Part shown: in pieces, positions 38,632-47,818 of the stretch
How the letters are laid out: every line of letters begins with the position of its first letter
Numbering within the stretch: the first letter of the stretch is position 1
DNA from: Paracoccaceae bacterium
Lineage (GTDB): Bacteria > Pseudomonadota > Alphaproteobacteria > Rhodobacterales > Rhodobacteraceae
Length of the DNA stretch: 64,000 bases
Assembly: GCA_020832705.1 (NCBI GenBank)
Contig: JAFIEE010000002.1
Span: 478-64,477 of the forward strand
Direction: 5' to 3'
Notes under the pieces: generated by a model
What the model saw: only the letters and a program-made list of their open reading frames with translations
The model's database searches: none
Told to the model about the DNA's origin: nothing
Made by a program: the position numbers and the translations under genes

Positions 38632-40315
38632 CCCTCACCCCCGGCGCCACGGCGCTTGCGCAACTTGAAACCCTCTGGCGGCAGGGGCTGCCCGCGCGGC
38701 TGGACCCGGCCACCGCCGGTCCCATCGCCGCCGCGGCCGCGCAGGTGGGCGCGGCGGCGGCGGGTGGCGCGCGGGGGGATGGGCGGCCCACCCGGGTCGG
38801 GCAGCACGCCCCCGGGAAGAAAGCCGCCGCCGCTAACCCCCCCCCGCCGCGCCAGGGGCGGGGGGGGGGTGGGGGGGGCCCCCCCGGGGGGGCCCCCCCG
38901 CCGCGGGGGCGGGGGGGGGGGGCGCGGCGGCGGCGGGTGGCGCGGCGGTCTATGGCGTCAACACCGGCTTCGGCAAGCTCGCCTCGGTCAAGATCGCCGC
39001 CGCCGATACCGCCACCCTGCAGCGCAACCTGATCCTCAGCCATGCCTGTGGCGTGGGGGAAGCGCTCGATATCCCCACCACCCGGCTGATGATGGCGCTC
39101 AAACTCCTCAGCCTCGGGCGCGGGGCCTCGGGCGTGCAGCCGGAAACCGTGGCGCTGATCGAAGGGATGCTGGCAAGGGGCGTCACCCCGGTGATCCCGG
39201 TGCAGGGCTCGGTCGGCGCCTCGGGCGATCTGGCCCCGCTCGCGCACATGACGGCGGTGATGATCGGCGCGGGGGAGGCCATGCTGGAGGGCGAAACTCT
39301 CCCCGGCGACGCGGCGCTGGCGCAAGCGGGCCTCGCCCCGGTCACGCTCGGGCCGAAGGAAGGGCTCGCGCTGATCAACGGCACGCAATTCTCCACCGCG
39401 CTGGCGCTGGCGGGGCTGTTCGATGCCTGGCGGCTGGCGCGCGAAAGCCTGGTCATCGCCTGCCTGTCCACCGATGCCATCATGGGCTCCACCGCGCCCC
39501 TGCAAGCCGAAATCCACGCCCTGCGCGGCCATCGCGGCCAGATCGAGGCGGCGGCGGCCATGCGCGCCCTGATGGACGGCTCGCAGATCCGCGAAAGCCA
39601 CCGCGACGGCGACACCCGCGTGCAGGATCCCTATTGCATCCGCTGCGCGCCGCAGGTGCTGGGGGCGGCGCTGGACCTGCTGCGCTTTGCCGCCACCACA
39701 CTGGAAACCGAGGCCAACGCGGTCACAGACAACCCGCTGGTCACCGCGGCCGGCATCATCTCGGGCGGCAATTTCCACGCCGAACCGGTGGGCTTCGCCG
39801 CCGATATCATCGCGCTGGCCATCGCCGAGACCGGCGCCATCGCCCAGCGCCGGGTGGCGCTGATGGTCGATCCCACGCTCAGCTTCGACCTGCCGCCGTT
39901 CCTGACGCCGGATCCCGGCCTCAACTCCGGCCTGATGATCGCCGAAGTCACCACGGCGGCGCTGATGAGCGAGAACAAGCACCTCGCCAACCCCTGTTCC
40001 ACCGACAGCACCCCCACCTCGGCCAATCAGGAGGATCATGTCTCCATGGCCGCCCATGGCGCCCGCCGCCTGCACCGCATGACCGCCAACCTCGCCCCCA
40101 TCCTCGGAATCGAGGCGCTTTGCGCCGCCCAGGGCATCGAATGCCGCGCGCCGCTCACCACCGCCGCCCCGCTGCAGGCGGCGCTCGCCACCCTGCGCGC
40201 GCAGGTGCCGCCCCTGGATCAGGACCGCTACCTCGCCCCCGACATTGCCGCCGCCGCCACCCTCACGCGCGCGGGCGCCTTCGCCCGCGCCACCCGGCTG
40301 GAGTTCCCGCTGTGA
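38625..40315 (+). CDS. hutH: Histidine ammonia-lyase, frameshifted in this sequence by a 173-nt low-complexity insertion (probable assembly artefact)
   Basis: N-terminus MLTLTPG... in one frame, [12 protein letters not shown] and the MIO motif [12 protein letters not shown] in another. Removing 173 nt between the 25-nt direct repeats gives 1518 nt, an intact 505-aa ORF. Confidence 0.88.
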
Positions 40316-40324
40316 TCCATTCCA

Positions 40325-40396
40325 TCATTTTCTTGCCGCAAATACTCCGGGGGGAGTCCAGCCCCCTTGCGGGGCTGGACGGGGGGCAGCGCCCCC
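40325..40396 (-). repeat. Intergenic REP/MITE-like element, copy 2
   Basis: Reverse complement reads GGGGGCGCTGCCCCCC + GTCCAGCCCC/GGGGCTGGAC hairpin + TCCCCCCGGAGTATTTGCGGCAAGAAAATGA. Confidence 0.75.
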
Positions 40397-40444
40397 CACC
40401 ACCGCCCGCCACCGGGCACCGCGCCCAACCGGGGGCACCCCCCC

Positions 40445-41296
40445 ATGAGAACCTGCGCCGAAAGCTTTCAGGGCTATTTCCTGCGCCCGCTCGGGCGCGA
40501 CTACGGCGAAAGGCTGCTGCCGCGCGGGCTGGACATCACCTTCTGCGATCAGCTCTTCCTGATCGGTGGCGGGCTGCTCTGGAATATCTATTTCGCGGCG
40601 CTGGCGGTGGGGTTCGGCTTCTTCCTCGCCATCGGTGTGGCGCTGATGAAGTTCAGTGACAACGCCTGGCTCTGGCGCCCGGCCTCGGCCTTCGTGTTCC
40701 TGTTCCGGGGCTCGCCGCTGTTCATCCAGTTCTTCTTCTTCTATTCCGCCTTCATCCTGCTGCCGCGCACCGGGATCGAGGTTCCGCTGGGCTTCACCAC
40801 GCTCACCGTGCAGACCTCGGCGCTGACCACGGCGCAGGTGGGCGGGCTTTTCGTGCTGATCCTGAACACCACCGCCTATTCCGCGGAACTCTTCTATGGC
40901 GCGCTGCGGTCGGTCCCCAAGGGTGACCTGGAAGCCGCCGACGCCTATGGCATGGGCGGCCTGACGAAATTCCGCCGCGTGATCTGGCCGAACATGCTGC
41001 GGCTCGCCTGGCCCAGCTACACCAACGAGGTGATCTTTCTGACCCATTCCACCACGCTGGTGTTCCTCTCGGCCTTTCCCGCCCGCCAGCAATCGGGCGA
41101 GGCGTTCTATTACGCGCGCTATTTCGTCGACCAGACCTTCAACCCCTTCGTCGCCTATCCGCTGGTGGCGGCGTATTTCATCGTGCTGACGCTGGCGATC
41201 ATCGGGCTGTGCGGGCTGGTCAACCGGCGACTGAACCGGCATCTTCCGCAGGCGCGGCGCCAGCGCATCCGCTTCCGGCCGCAATACATCAGGTAG
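40445..41296 (+). CDS. Polar amino acid ABC transporter permease (HisM-like)
   Basis: FRGSPLFIQ, LNTTAYSAE, EAA loop DLEAADAYGM. Confidence 0.88.
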   Translation: MRTCAESFQGYFLRPLGRDYGERLLPRGLDITFCDQLFLIGGGLLWNIYFAALAVGFGFFLAIGVALMKFSDNAWLWRPASAFVFLFRGSPLFIQFFFFYSAFILLPRTGIEVPLGFTTLTVQTSALTTAQVGGLFVLILNTTAYSAELFYGALRSVPKGDLEAADAYGMGGLTKFRRVIWPNMLRLAWPSYTNEVIFLTHSTTLVFLSAFPARQQSGEAFYYARYFVDQTFNPFVAYPLVAAYFIVLTLAIIGLCGLVNRRLNRHLPQARRQRIRFRPQYIR

Positions 41297-41299
41297 ATC

Positions 41300-42634
41300 A
41301 TGCTCGACTGGCTTGCCGCGCACCCCGAGGTGCGCAACATCCGAATCGCCGCCACCGACCTGAACGGACAGGCGCGCGGCAAACGCATTCCCGTGGCCAA
41401 CGCCGCCAAGATGGTCCGGGACGGTGCGCGGTTTCCCTTCTCGGCGCTCAACCTCGATGTCTGGGGCCATGACATCGAGGACAGCCCGCTGCTGTTCGAC
41501 ACGGGCGATGCCGACGGCGTGCTGCGCCCCACCGGGCGCGGGCCGCTGCCCATGCCCTGGATCAGCCCGCAGGCGGCACTGCTGCCGATCTGGATGTTCC
41601 ATGACGATGGCCGCCCCTTCGCCGGGGACGCGCGCCACGCCCTGGACCGGGTGCTGGCGCGGTATCGCGCAAGCGGGATCACGCCGGTGATGGCGACCGA
41701 ACTGGAATTCTATCTGATCGACGATTCGGGCGAGCACTTCCGCCCGCCGCCCTCGCCGGTCTCGGGGCGGCATTATCAGGGCGCCGACACGCTGGCGCTC
41801 CGCGCGCTCGATGCCTTCGACGGGTTCTTCAACGACCTTTATGACGCCTGCGCGGCCATGGACATCGCCGCCGACACCGCCAGTTCCGAAGCCGGGCCGG
41901 GGCAGTTCGAGATCAACCTGCTGCATGGCCCCGACCCGATGAAGATGGCCGATGACACCTGGCTGTTCAAGCTGCTGGTCAAGGGGCTGGCGCGCCGGCA
42001 CGGATTCGCGGGCTCGTTCATGGCCAAGCCTTATGACGATCAGCCGGGGAACGGGCTGCACCTGCATTTCTCCCTGCTGGACGCGGAGGGGCGCAACCTG
42101 TTCGACGATGGCGGGCCAGATGGCACCGACATGCTGCGCCACGCGATTGCCGGGTGCATGGACGCGATGCCCGGCAGCACGCTGGTCTTTGCCCCGCACG
42201 CAAATTCCTATGCCCGCATGGTGCCCGGCGCGCATGCGCCGACCGGCGTCTGCTGGGCCTATGAGAACCGCACGGCCTCGATCCGGGTGCCCGCGGGCAG
42301 CCACAAGGCGCGGCGGATCGAGCACCGCGTGGCGGGGGGGGACGTGAATCCGTATCTGATGATGGCCGCGGTCCTTGGTGCGGCATTGAACGGGATCGAG
42401 GACGCCGCCGATCCACCCGCCCCGATCACCGGCAACGCCTATGCGCAGGCGATGCCGCATCTGCCCTCGGACTGGGCGGCGGCGGTGGCGGCGTTCGGGA
42501 CCTGCCCGCAGGTGGCGCGGATTTTCGATGCGCATCTGATCGACAACATGCTGCGCACCAAGCGCCAGGAAATGCGCGACGCCGCGGCGCTGGACGCGGA
42601 CGCGCTGCGGGACCTTTATCTGGAAACCACCTGA
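41300..42634 (+). CDS. Glutamine synthetase family protein (gamma-glutamyl-amine ligase, PuuA-like)
   Basis: DLNGQARGKR, ATELEFYL, SEAGPGQFEINL, FMAKP, GNGLHLH, ENRTASIR, RIEHR. Confidence 0.9.
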   Translation: MLDWLAAHPEVRNIRIAATDLNGQARGKRIPVANAAKMVRDGARFPFSALNLDVWGHDIEDSPLLFDTGDADGVLRPTGRGPLPMPWISPQAALLPIWMFHDDGRPFAGDARHALDRVLARYRASGITPVMATELEFYLIDDSGEHFRPPPSPVSGRHYQGADTLALRALDAFDGFFNDLYDACAAMDIAADTASSEAGPGQFEINLLHGPDPMKMADDTWLFKLLVKGLARRHGFAGSFMAKPYDDQPGNGLHLHFSLLDAEGRNLFDDGGPDGTDMLRHAIAGCMDAMPGSTLVFAPHANSYARMVPGAHAPTGVCWAYENRTASIRVPAGSHKARRIEHRVAGGDVNPYLMMAAVLGAALNGIEDAADPPAPITGNAYAQAMPHLPSDWAAAVAAFGTCPQVARIFDAHLIDNMLRTKRQEMRDAAALDADALRDLYLETT

Positions 42635-42654
42635 GCGCGGGCGCTGTCGCTGTC

Positions 42655-42812
42655 GCAGGCGGAAAGGGGGGCTCCCGCCCGTCTTCGCCCCTGTCGGGGC
42701 TCATCCCGTTGGGCCGGGCAGCGCGGCGGGGCCGCGCTGCGTGGGGTCCAGTGCGGAGGCGGCGTGCATGATCCGACGCGGGTTGCATTGAGTATTTTCA
42801 GCAAGAAAATGA
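42655..42812 (+). repeat. Structured intergenic element ending in the shared repeat tail
   Basis: Hairpins (e.g. GCAGCGCGGC-ggg-GCCGCGCTGC) followed by GAGTATTTTCAGCAAGAAAATGA at 42790-42812. Confidence 0.55.
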
Positions 42813-42882
42813 ACGGGCTTAGTGGGGCTTGCGCGGTATTTCGGGGACGGTAGGGTAGTGCGAGGTTGAACGGGAGGCGGGC

Positions 42883-43830
42883 ATGGCGGCGGCGCGGCGC
42901 AAGATCATCATCGACACCGATCCGGGGCAGGATGACGCGGTGGCGATCCTGCTGGCGCTGGCCAGCCCGGACGAGATCGATCTGCTGGGCATCACCTGCG
43001 TGGCCGGGAATGTGCCGCTGGCGCTGACGGCGCGCAACGCGCGGGTGGTGTGCGAACTGGCCGGGCGGGCGGATGTGAAGGTGTTCGCGGGCTGCGACCG
43101 GCCGCTCCGGCGCCCGCTGGTCACGGCCGAGCACGTGCATGGCAAGACGGGGCTGGACGGGATCGACCTGCCGGACCCGGAGATGCCCTTGCAGGGCGCC
43201 CATGCGGTGGATTTCATCATCGAGACCCTGCGCGCCGCGCCGCCGGGCAGCGTGACGCTGGTGCCGATCGGCCCGCTGACCAATATCGCCACCGCCTTTG
43301 CCCGGGCGCCGGAGGTGGTGGCGCGGGTGGCGGAGATCGTGCTGATGGGCGGTGCCTATTTCGAGGTCGGCAACATCACTCCCGCGGCGGAGTTCAACAT
43401 CTACGTGGATCCGGAGGCCGCAGCGGCGGTGTTCGGCGCCGGCGTGCCGCTGGTGGTGATGCCGCTGGATGTGACCCACAAGGCGCTGACCACGCGCCCG
43501 CGGGTCGAGGCGTTTCGCGCGCTGCCCGGGCGCGTCGGTCCGGCGGTGGCGGCCTGGACCGACTTCTTCGAACGCTTCGACAAGGAGAAATACGGGTCCG
43601 AAGGGGCGCCGCTGCATGACCCCTGCACGGTGGCGTATCTGTTGCGCCCGGACCTGTTCACGGGGCGGCACATCAATGTGGAGATCGAAACCGAGGGCCG
43701 CTTTGCCCTGGGCATGACGGTGGCCGACTGGTGGCGGGTGTCAGGCCGCGCGCCGAACGCGCGCTTCATGGGCGATGTGGATGCGGACGGCTTCTTTGCC
43801 CTGCTGACCGAGCGGCTGGCGCGGCTGTAG
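42883..43830 (+). CDS. Nucleoside hydrolase (IunH family)
   Basis: IIDTDPGQDDA, VAGNV, VHGKTGL, GPLTNIA, AEFNIYVDP, PLHDP. Confidence 0.95.
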   Translation: MAAARRKIIIDTDPGQDDAVAILLALASPDEIDLLGITCVAGNVPLALTARNARVVCELAGRADVKVFAGCDRPLRRPLVTAEHVHGKTGLDGIDLPDPEMPLQGAHAVDFIIETLRAAPPGSVTLVPIGPLTNIATAFARAPEVVARVAEIVLMGGAYFEVGNITPAAEFNIYVDPEAAAAVFGAGVPLVVMPLDVTHKALTTRPRVEAFRALPGRVGPAVAAWTDFFERFDKEKYGSEGAPLHDPCTVAYLLRPDLFTGRHINVEIETEGRFALGMTVADWWRVSGRAPNARFMGDVDADGFFALLTERLARL

Positions 43831-43831
43831 C

Positions 43832-43910
43832 GGGGGCGCCGCCCCCCCGCACCCCGCGGGGCGGGCGCGGGGTGCGCGGCCCCCACGGCCCCGAACGACG
43901 GGCCGTGGGC
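43832..43910. repeat. Partial repeat head plus two hairpins between convergent genes (possible bidirectional terminator)
   Basis: GGGGGCGCCGCCCCCC head, GCACCCCGCG/CGCGGGGTGC and CCCACGGCCC/GGGCCGTGGG stems. Confidence 0.5.
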
Positions 43911-43924
43911 GCCGTATTGCAGCT

Positions 43925-46420
43925 TCAGCCGTCCACGCGCAGCCGGGCGTTTTCCGGGTCATGCGGGCTGTCGGCGGTGACGGTTGCGTCCCAGAGCCGG
44001 TCCAGCATCCGGACCTTGAGCCTTGTGCCCTCGGCGGCCAGGTCGGGGCGGACATAGCCCATCCCGATGGATTTTCCGAACACCACCGAATACCCGCCCG
44101 AGGTCAGGCGACCGACCTTTTCGTCGCCCGCGTAAAGCGCCTCGCGGCCCCAGGGGTCGGCATCGTCCGGCCCGTCGATGAGCAGCGTGCAGCATTTGGA
44201 GCGGATGCCGGTGGCGGCCATGGCGTCCTTGCCGAGGAAATCCTTGGTCATGTCCACGAAGCGCGGCAGGTCGGCTTCAAGGGGCGTGGCATCGCGGCCC
44301 AGTTCGTTGCCGAAGGCGCGGTAGCTCTTTTCCTGCCGCAGCCAGTTCTGCGCCCGCGCGCCGACAAGTTTCAGCCCCGCGCCCTCGCCCGCTGCCATGA
44401 GCTGGTCGAACAGGTGGTTCTGCATCTCGATGGGGTGGTGGAGCTCCCAGCCCAGTTCACCGGTATAGGCGACGCGGACCGCGCGGACCGGGCACATGCC
44501 CAGTTCGATATTGCGCATCGACAGCCAGGGGAAGCGCTTGTTGGACAGTACGGTCGCGGGGTCGGCATCCTTGACCAGCTTGCCCAGCAGATCGCGCGAT
44601 TTCGGACCCGCCACGGCAAAGACACCCCATTGCGTGGTGACGTCATGGATATCGATCCAGCCGAAATCGCTCCTACGGTCCTCGGCGGCCTTGCGCAGGT
44701 AGTCGCCGTCATAGGCCGTCCAGGCGCCCGCCGAGATGAGGTAATACTCGTTCTCGGCCAGCCGGACGATGGTGTATTCGGTGCGCGTGGTCCCGGCTTC
44801 GGTCAGGGCATAGGTCAGGTTGATCCGTCCCACCTTTGGCAGGCGGTTGCAGGTGAACCAGTCCAGAAACGCCGTGGCGCCGGGCCCGCGGACCAGATGC
44901 TTGGTAAAGGCGGTGGCGTCGATCATGCCCACGCCCGCGCGGATGGCCCTTGCCTCGTCGACCGCATATTGCCACCAGCCGCCGCGGCGGAAGCTGCGCG
45001 CGTCATGGTCGAAGCTGTCAGGCGCATCCAGCGGGCCGAAATAGTTGGGCCGTTCCCAGCCGTTGACCTGCCCGAACTGGGCGCCGCGCGCCTTCATCCG
45101 GTCATAGCTGGGCGCGGTGCGCAGGGGGCGGCAGGCTTCGCGTTCTTCATCCGGGTGGTGGAGGATGTAGACGTGTTCGTAACATTCCTCGTTCTTGCGC
45201 GCGGCGTATTCGGTGGTCATCCAGTCGCCGTAGCGCTTGGGGTCCAGCGCGGCCATGTCGATCTCGGCCTCGCCTTCGGTCATCATCTGGGCGAGGTAAT
45301 GGCCGGTGCCGCCCGCGGCGGTGATGCCGAAGCTGAAGCCCTCGGCCAGCCACATGTTGCGCAGCCCGGGCGCGGGGCCGACCAGCGGGTTGCCGTCCGG
45401 GGTGTAGCAGATGGGGCCGTTGTAATCATCCTTCAGACCCACGGTTTCCGAGGACGGAATCCGGTGGATCATGGACATGTATTCTTCCTCGATCCGTTCC
45501 AGATCCAGCGGGAACAGGTCGGCGCGGAAGCTTTCGGGCACGTCATACAGGAACCGCGCCGGGGCGTTGCGCTCATAGGGGCCAAGGATCCAGCCGCCGC
45601 GCTCCTCGCGCACATACCATTTCGCATCGGCATCGCGCAGGACCGGGTGTTCGGGGTTGTCCTTGCGATACGCCTGCAGCATCGGGTCCGGTTCGGTGAC
45701 GATATACTGATGCTCCACCGGAATCGCCGGGATCTTGATCCCCAGCAGCCGCGCGGTGCGCTGCGCGTGGTTGCCGGTGGCGGTCACCACGTGCTCGGCG
45801 GTGATCTCGAACCGCTCGTCCGAGGGCACCAGATTGCCGCCCTTCTCCACCATCCTGGTGCAGGACACCACCCATTCCGACCCGGTCCAGCGGTAGCCGT
45901 CCACCTGCACGCGGCGCATGATCTCGGCCCCGTGCTGGCGCGCCCCCTTGGCCATGGCCTGGGTCACGTCGGCGGGGTTTATGTAGCCGTCGGTCGGGTG
46001 ATAGATCGCGCCTTGCAGGTCTTCGGTCCGGACCAGCGGCCAGCGGTCCTTGATCTGGGCGGGCGTCATCCACTCGTAGGGGATGCCCACCGTTTCGGCG
46101 GTGGAAGCATAGAGCATGTATTCGTCCATGCGCGCGCGGGTCTGCGCCATGCGCAGGTTGCCGACGACATAGAACCCCGCGTTCAGCCCGGTTTCCGCCT
46201 CGAGCTGCTTGTAGAACTTCACGCTGTAGTCGTGGATGTGGCTGGTCGCGTAGCCCATGTTGAACAGCGGCAGCAGCCCCGCCGCGTGCCAGGTGGAGCC
46301 CGAGGTCAGCTCGTCACGTTCCAGCAGGGTGCAGTCCCATCCCGCCCGCGCCAGATGATAGGCGATGGAGGCGCCGACCGCCCCGCCTCCGACGACAAGT
46401 GCCTTGACATGCGTTCTCAT
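43925..46420 (-). CDS. GcvT-family FAD oxidoreductase (dimethylglycine/sarcosine dehydrogenase-like)
   Basis: VVGGGAVG, TSGSTWHAAG, YTPDGNPLVG, GWERP, VAYTGELGWELH; 831 aa. Confidence 0.92.
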   Translation of the reverse strand: MRTHVKALVVGGGAVGASIAYHLARAGWDCTLLERDELTSGSTWHAAGLLPLFNMGYATSHIHDYSVKFYKQLEAETGLNAGFYVVGNLRMAQTRARMDEYMLYASTAETVGIPYEWMTPAQIKDRWPLVRTEDLQGAIYHPTDGYINPADVTQAMAKGARQHGAEIMRRVQVDGYRWTGSEWVVSCTRMVEKGGNLVPSDERFEITAEHVVTATGNHAQRTARLLGIKIPAIPVEHQYIVTEPDPMLQAYRKDNPEHPVLRDADAKWYVREERGGWILGPYERNAPARFLYDVPESFRADLFPLDLERIEEEYMSMIHRIPSSETVGLKDDYNGPICYTPDGNPLVGPAPGLRNMWLAEGFSFGITAAGGTGHYLAQMMTEGEAEIDMAALDPKRYGDWMTTEYAARKNEECYEHVYILHHPDEEREACRPLRTAPSYDRMKARGAQFGQVNGWERPNYFGPLDAPDSFDHDARSFRRGGWWQYAVDEARAIRAGVGMIDATAFTKHLVRGPGATAFLDWFTCNRLPKVGRINLTYALTEAGTTRTEYTIVRLAENEYYLISAGAWTAYDGDYLRKAAEDRRSDFGWIDIHDVTTQWGVFAVAGPKSRDLLGKLVKDADPATVLSNKRFPWLSMRNIELGMCPVRAVRVAYTGELGWELHHPIEMQNHLFDQLMAAGEGAGLKLVGARAQNWLRQEKSYRAFGNELGRDATPLEADLPRFVDMTKDFLGKDAMAATGIRSKCCTLLIDGPDDADPWGREALYAGDEKVGRLTSGGYSVVFGKSIGMGYVRPDLAAEGTRLKVRMLDRLWDATVTADSPHDPENARLRVDG

Positions 46421-46638
46421 GGTGCGCCTCCGGCATGGAATTCTGGCCTGTCATTGGCGCATTCCCGCGCCTCCCGCGAAGGCGGCCACGACGCATGGGC
46501 GCGCGAAAGCGACAAGCGCATGCGGCGTCGGCGCACGAGGGGTGGTGCAGGGGAGGATGCGCCGGACGGCGAAACATTGGCCGCGGCGTTACTCTTTATC
46601 AATATATTGCGGTCAAGCTGCCCGAAGCACCAACATGC

Positions 46639-46667
46639 TTGATTTTGTTCCCCTCATGTTCTACATT
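46639..46667 (+). promoter_or_regulatory. sigma70 promoter with alphaproteobacterial LexA (SOS) box
   Basis: TTGATT(46639-44)-17 nt-TACATT(46662-67); GTTC-CCCTCAT-GTTC at 46647-46661 fills the spacer. Confidence 0.8.
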
Positions 46668-46693
46668 TGGCGCAGAGTAACGGAGGTTTGGCC

Positions 46694-46999
46694 ATGTCAA
46701 CGGACCAGATGACGACCGAACAGACCCTGCCCGCGACTGAAAAGCAGCTTGTCTATGCCCGCAAGCTGGCGCTGCGCAACCGCGTGGTGCTGCCGTGGAA
46801 GGTGCAGCAGGACCGGCGCGAATTGAGCCGCTGGATCCGCACCCAGGCCGCGCTCCGCCCGGCCGAGCGCCCGGACACGCCCAGCGCAAAGCAGGTCGCC
46901 TTTGCCGAGCGGCTGGCCCGGATCAAGCAACGTCAGGTCCCCGAGGAGTGTTTCCGCGACCGCGGGCTGATGTCGCGCTGGATAGACAGCAACCGCTGA
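46694..46999 (+). CDS. Hypothetical basic 101-aa protein with two internal repeats, predicted SOS-regulated
   Basis: GGAGG RBS at 46682; repeats PATEKQLVYARKLA..DRRELSRWI and PSAKQVAFAERLA..DRGLMSRWI. Confidence 0.8.
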   Translation: MSTDQMTTEQTLPATEKQLVYARKLALRNRVVLPWKVQQDRRELSRWIRTQAALRPAERPDTPSAKQVAFAERLARIKQRQVPEECFRDRGLMSRWIDSNR

Positions 47000-47011
47000 G
47001 CCTGTGGCGGC

Positions 47012-47818
47012 CTATCGCTGCAGCCGCGCCTGACGGCGCAGCATCCAGCCGACGATCAGCACCGCCACGGTGACGATTCCGATGATGATCGTCGCCAGCG
47101 CGTTCACGTCCGGGCTGACGCCCAGCCGCACCTTGGAGAAGATCACCATGGGCAGGGTGCTGGCGCCGGGGCCGGAAACAAAGCTGGCGATCACCAGATC
47201 ATCAAGCGACAGCGTGAAGGCCAGAAGCCAGCCGGAGACCAGCGCGGGCGTGATCACCGGCAGCGTGATATCGAAGAACACCCGCACCGGCCCGGCGCCG
47301 AGGTCGCGCGCCGCTTCTTCAAGGCTTTCGTCCATGTCGCGCAGCCGCGATTGCGCGATCACGGCCACGAAGGCCGCGCAGAAGGTGGTATGCGCGATGA
47401 TGATCGTGGTCAGGCCGCGCCCGGCGGGCCAGCCCAGCGTCAGTTCCATGGACACGAACAGCAGCAGCAGCGACAGGCCGGTGATCACCTCGGGCATGAC
47501 CAGGGGCGCGGTGATCATGCCGGTCAGCAGCAAACGGCCAAAGAACTGCCCCATCCGCACCAGCACAAACGCCCCCAGCGTGCCGATGATCACCGCCAGG
47601 TTCGCCGACCAGAAGGCCACCTTCAGGCTGACCCAGGCTGCGCCCAGGATCTGCCGGTCGCGCAGCAACTCGCCATACCAGCGGGTGGAAAACCCGCCCC
47701 AGACCGTGACCAGGCGGCTTTCGTTGAAGGAAAACACCACCAGCGAGATGATCGGCGCGTAGAGGAACACGAAGCCGAAAACCACCGCCAGCGGCAGGAC
47801 CCAGCCGCGCCCGGTCAT
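47012..47818 (-). CDS. potI: Polyamine ABC transporter permease (PotI/PotC-like)
   Basis: FLYAPI, GFSTRWY, LEEAARDLGA, AFTLSLDD. Confidence 0.85.
   Translation of the reverse strand: MTGRGWVLPLAVVFGFVFLYAPIISLVVFSFNESRLVTVWGGFSTRWYGELLRDRQILGAAWVSLKVAFWSANLAVIIGTLGAFVLVRMGQFFGRLLLTGMITAPLVMPEVITGLSLLLLFVSMELTLGWPAGRGLTTIIIAHTTFCAAFVAVIAQSRLRDMDESLEEAARDLGAGPVRVFFDITLPVITPALVSGWLLAFTLSLDDLVIASFVSGPGASTLPMVIFSKVRLGVSPDVNALATIIIGIVTVAVLIVGWMLRRQARLQR

Noticed and set aside
38772-38919. Poly-G/poly-C tract as a phase-variation switch, G-quadruplex or mobile element in hutH
   Set aside because: It aligns as a degraded copy of its own flanks, which fits a read/assembly artefact better
43961-46642. 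893-aa plus-strand ORF and similar long ORFs (27261-29627, 40325-42535, 22212-24122, 11462-13273, 51089-52954, 60279-62000, 25327-27132)
   Set aside because: They lie antisense to motif-supported genes, are Arg/Gly/Ala/His-rich and have no recognisable motifs. They are shadow ORFs from high-GC codon bias.
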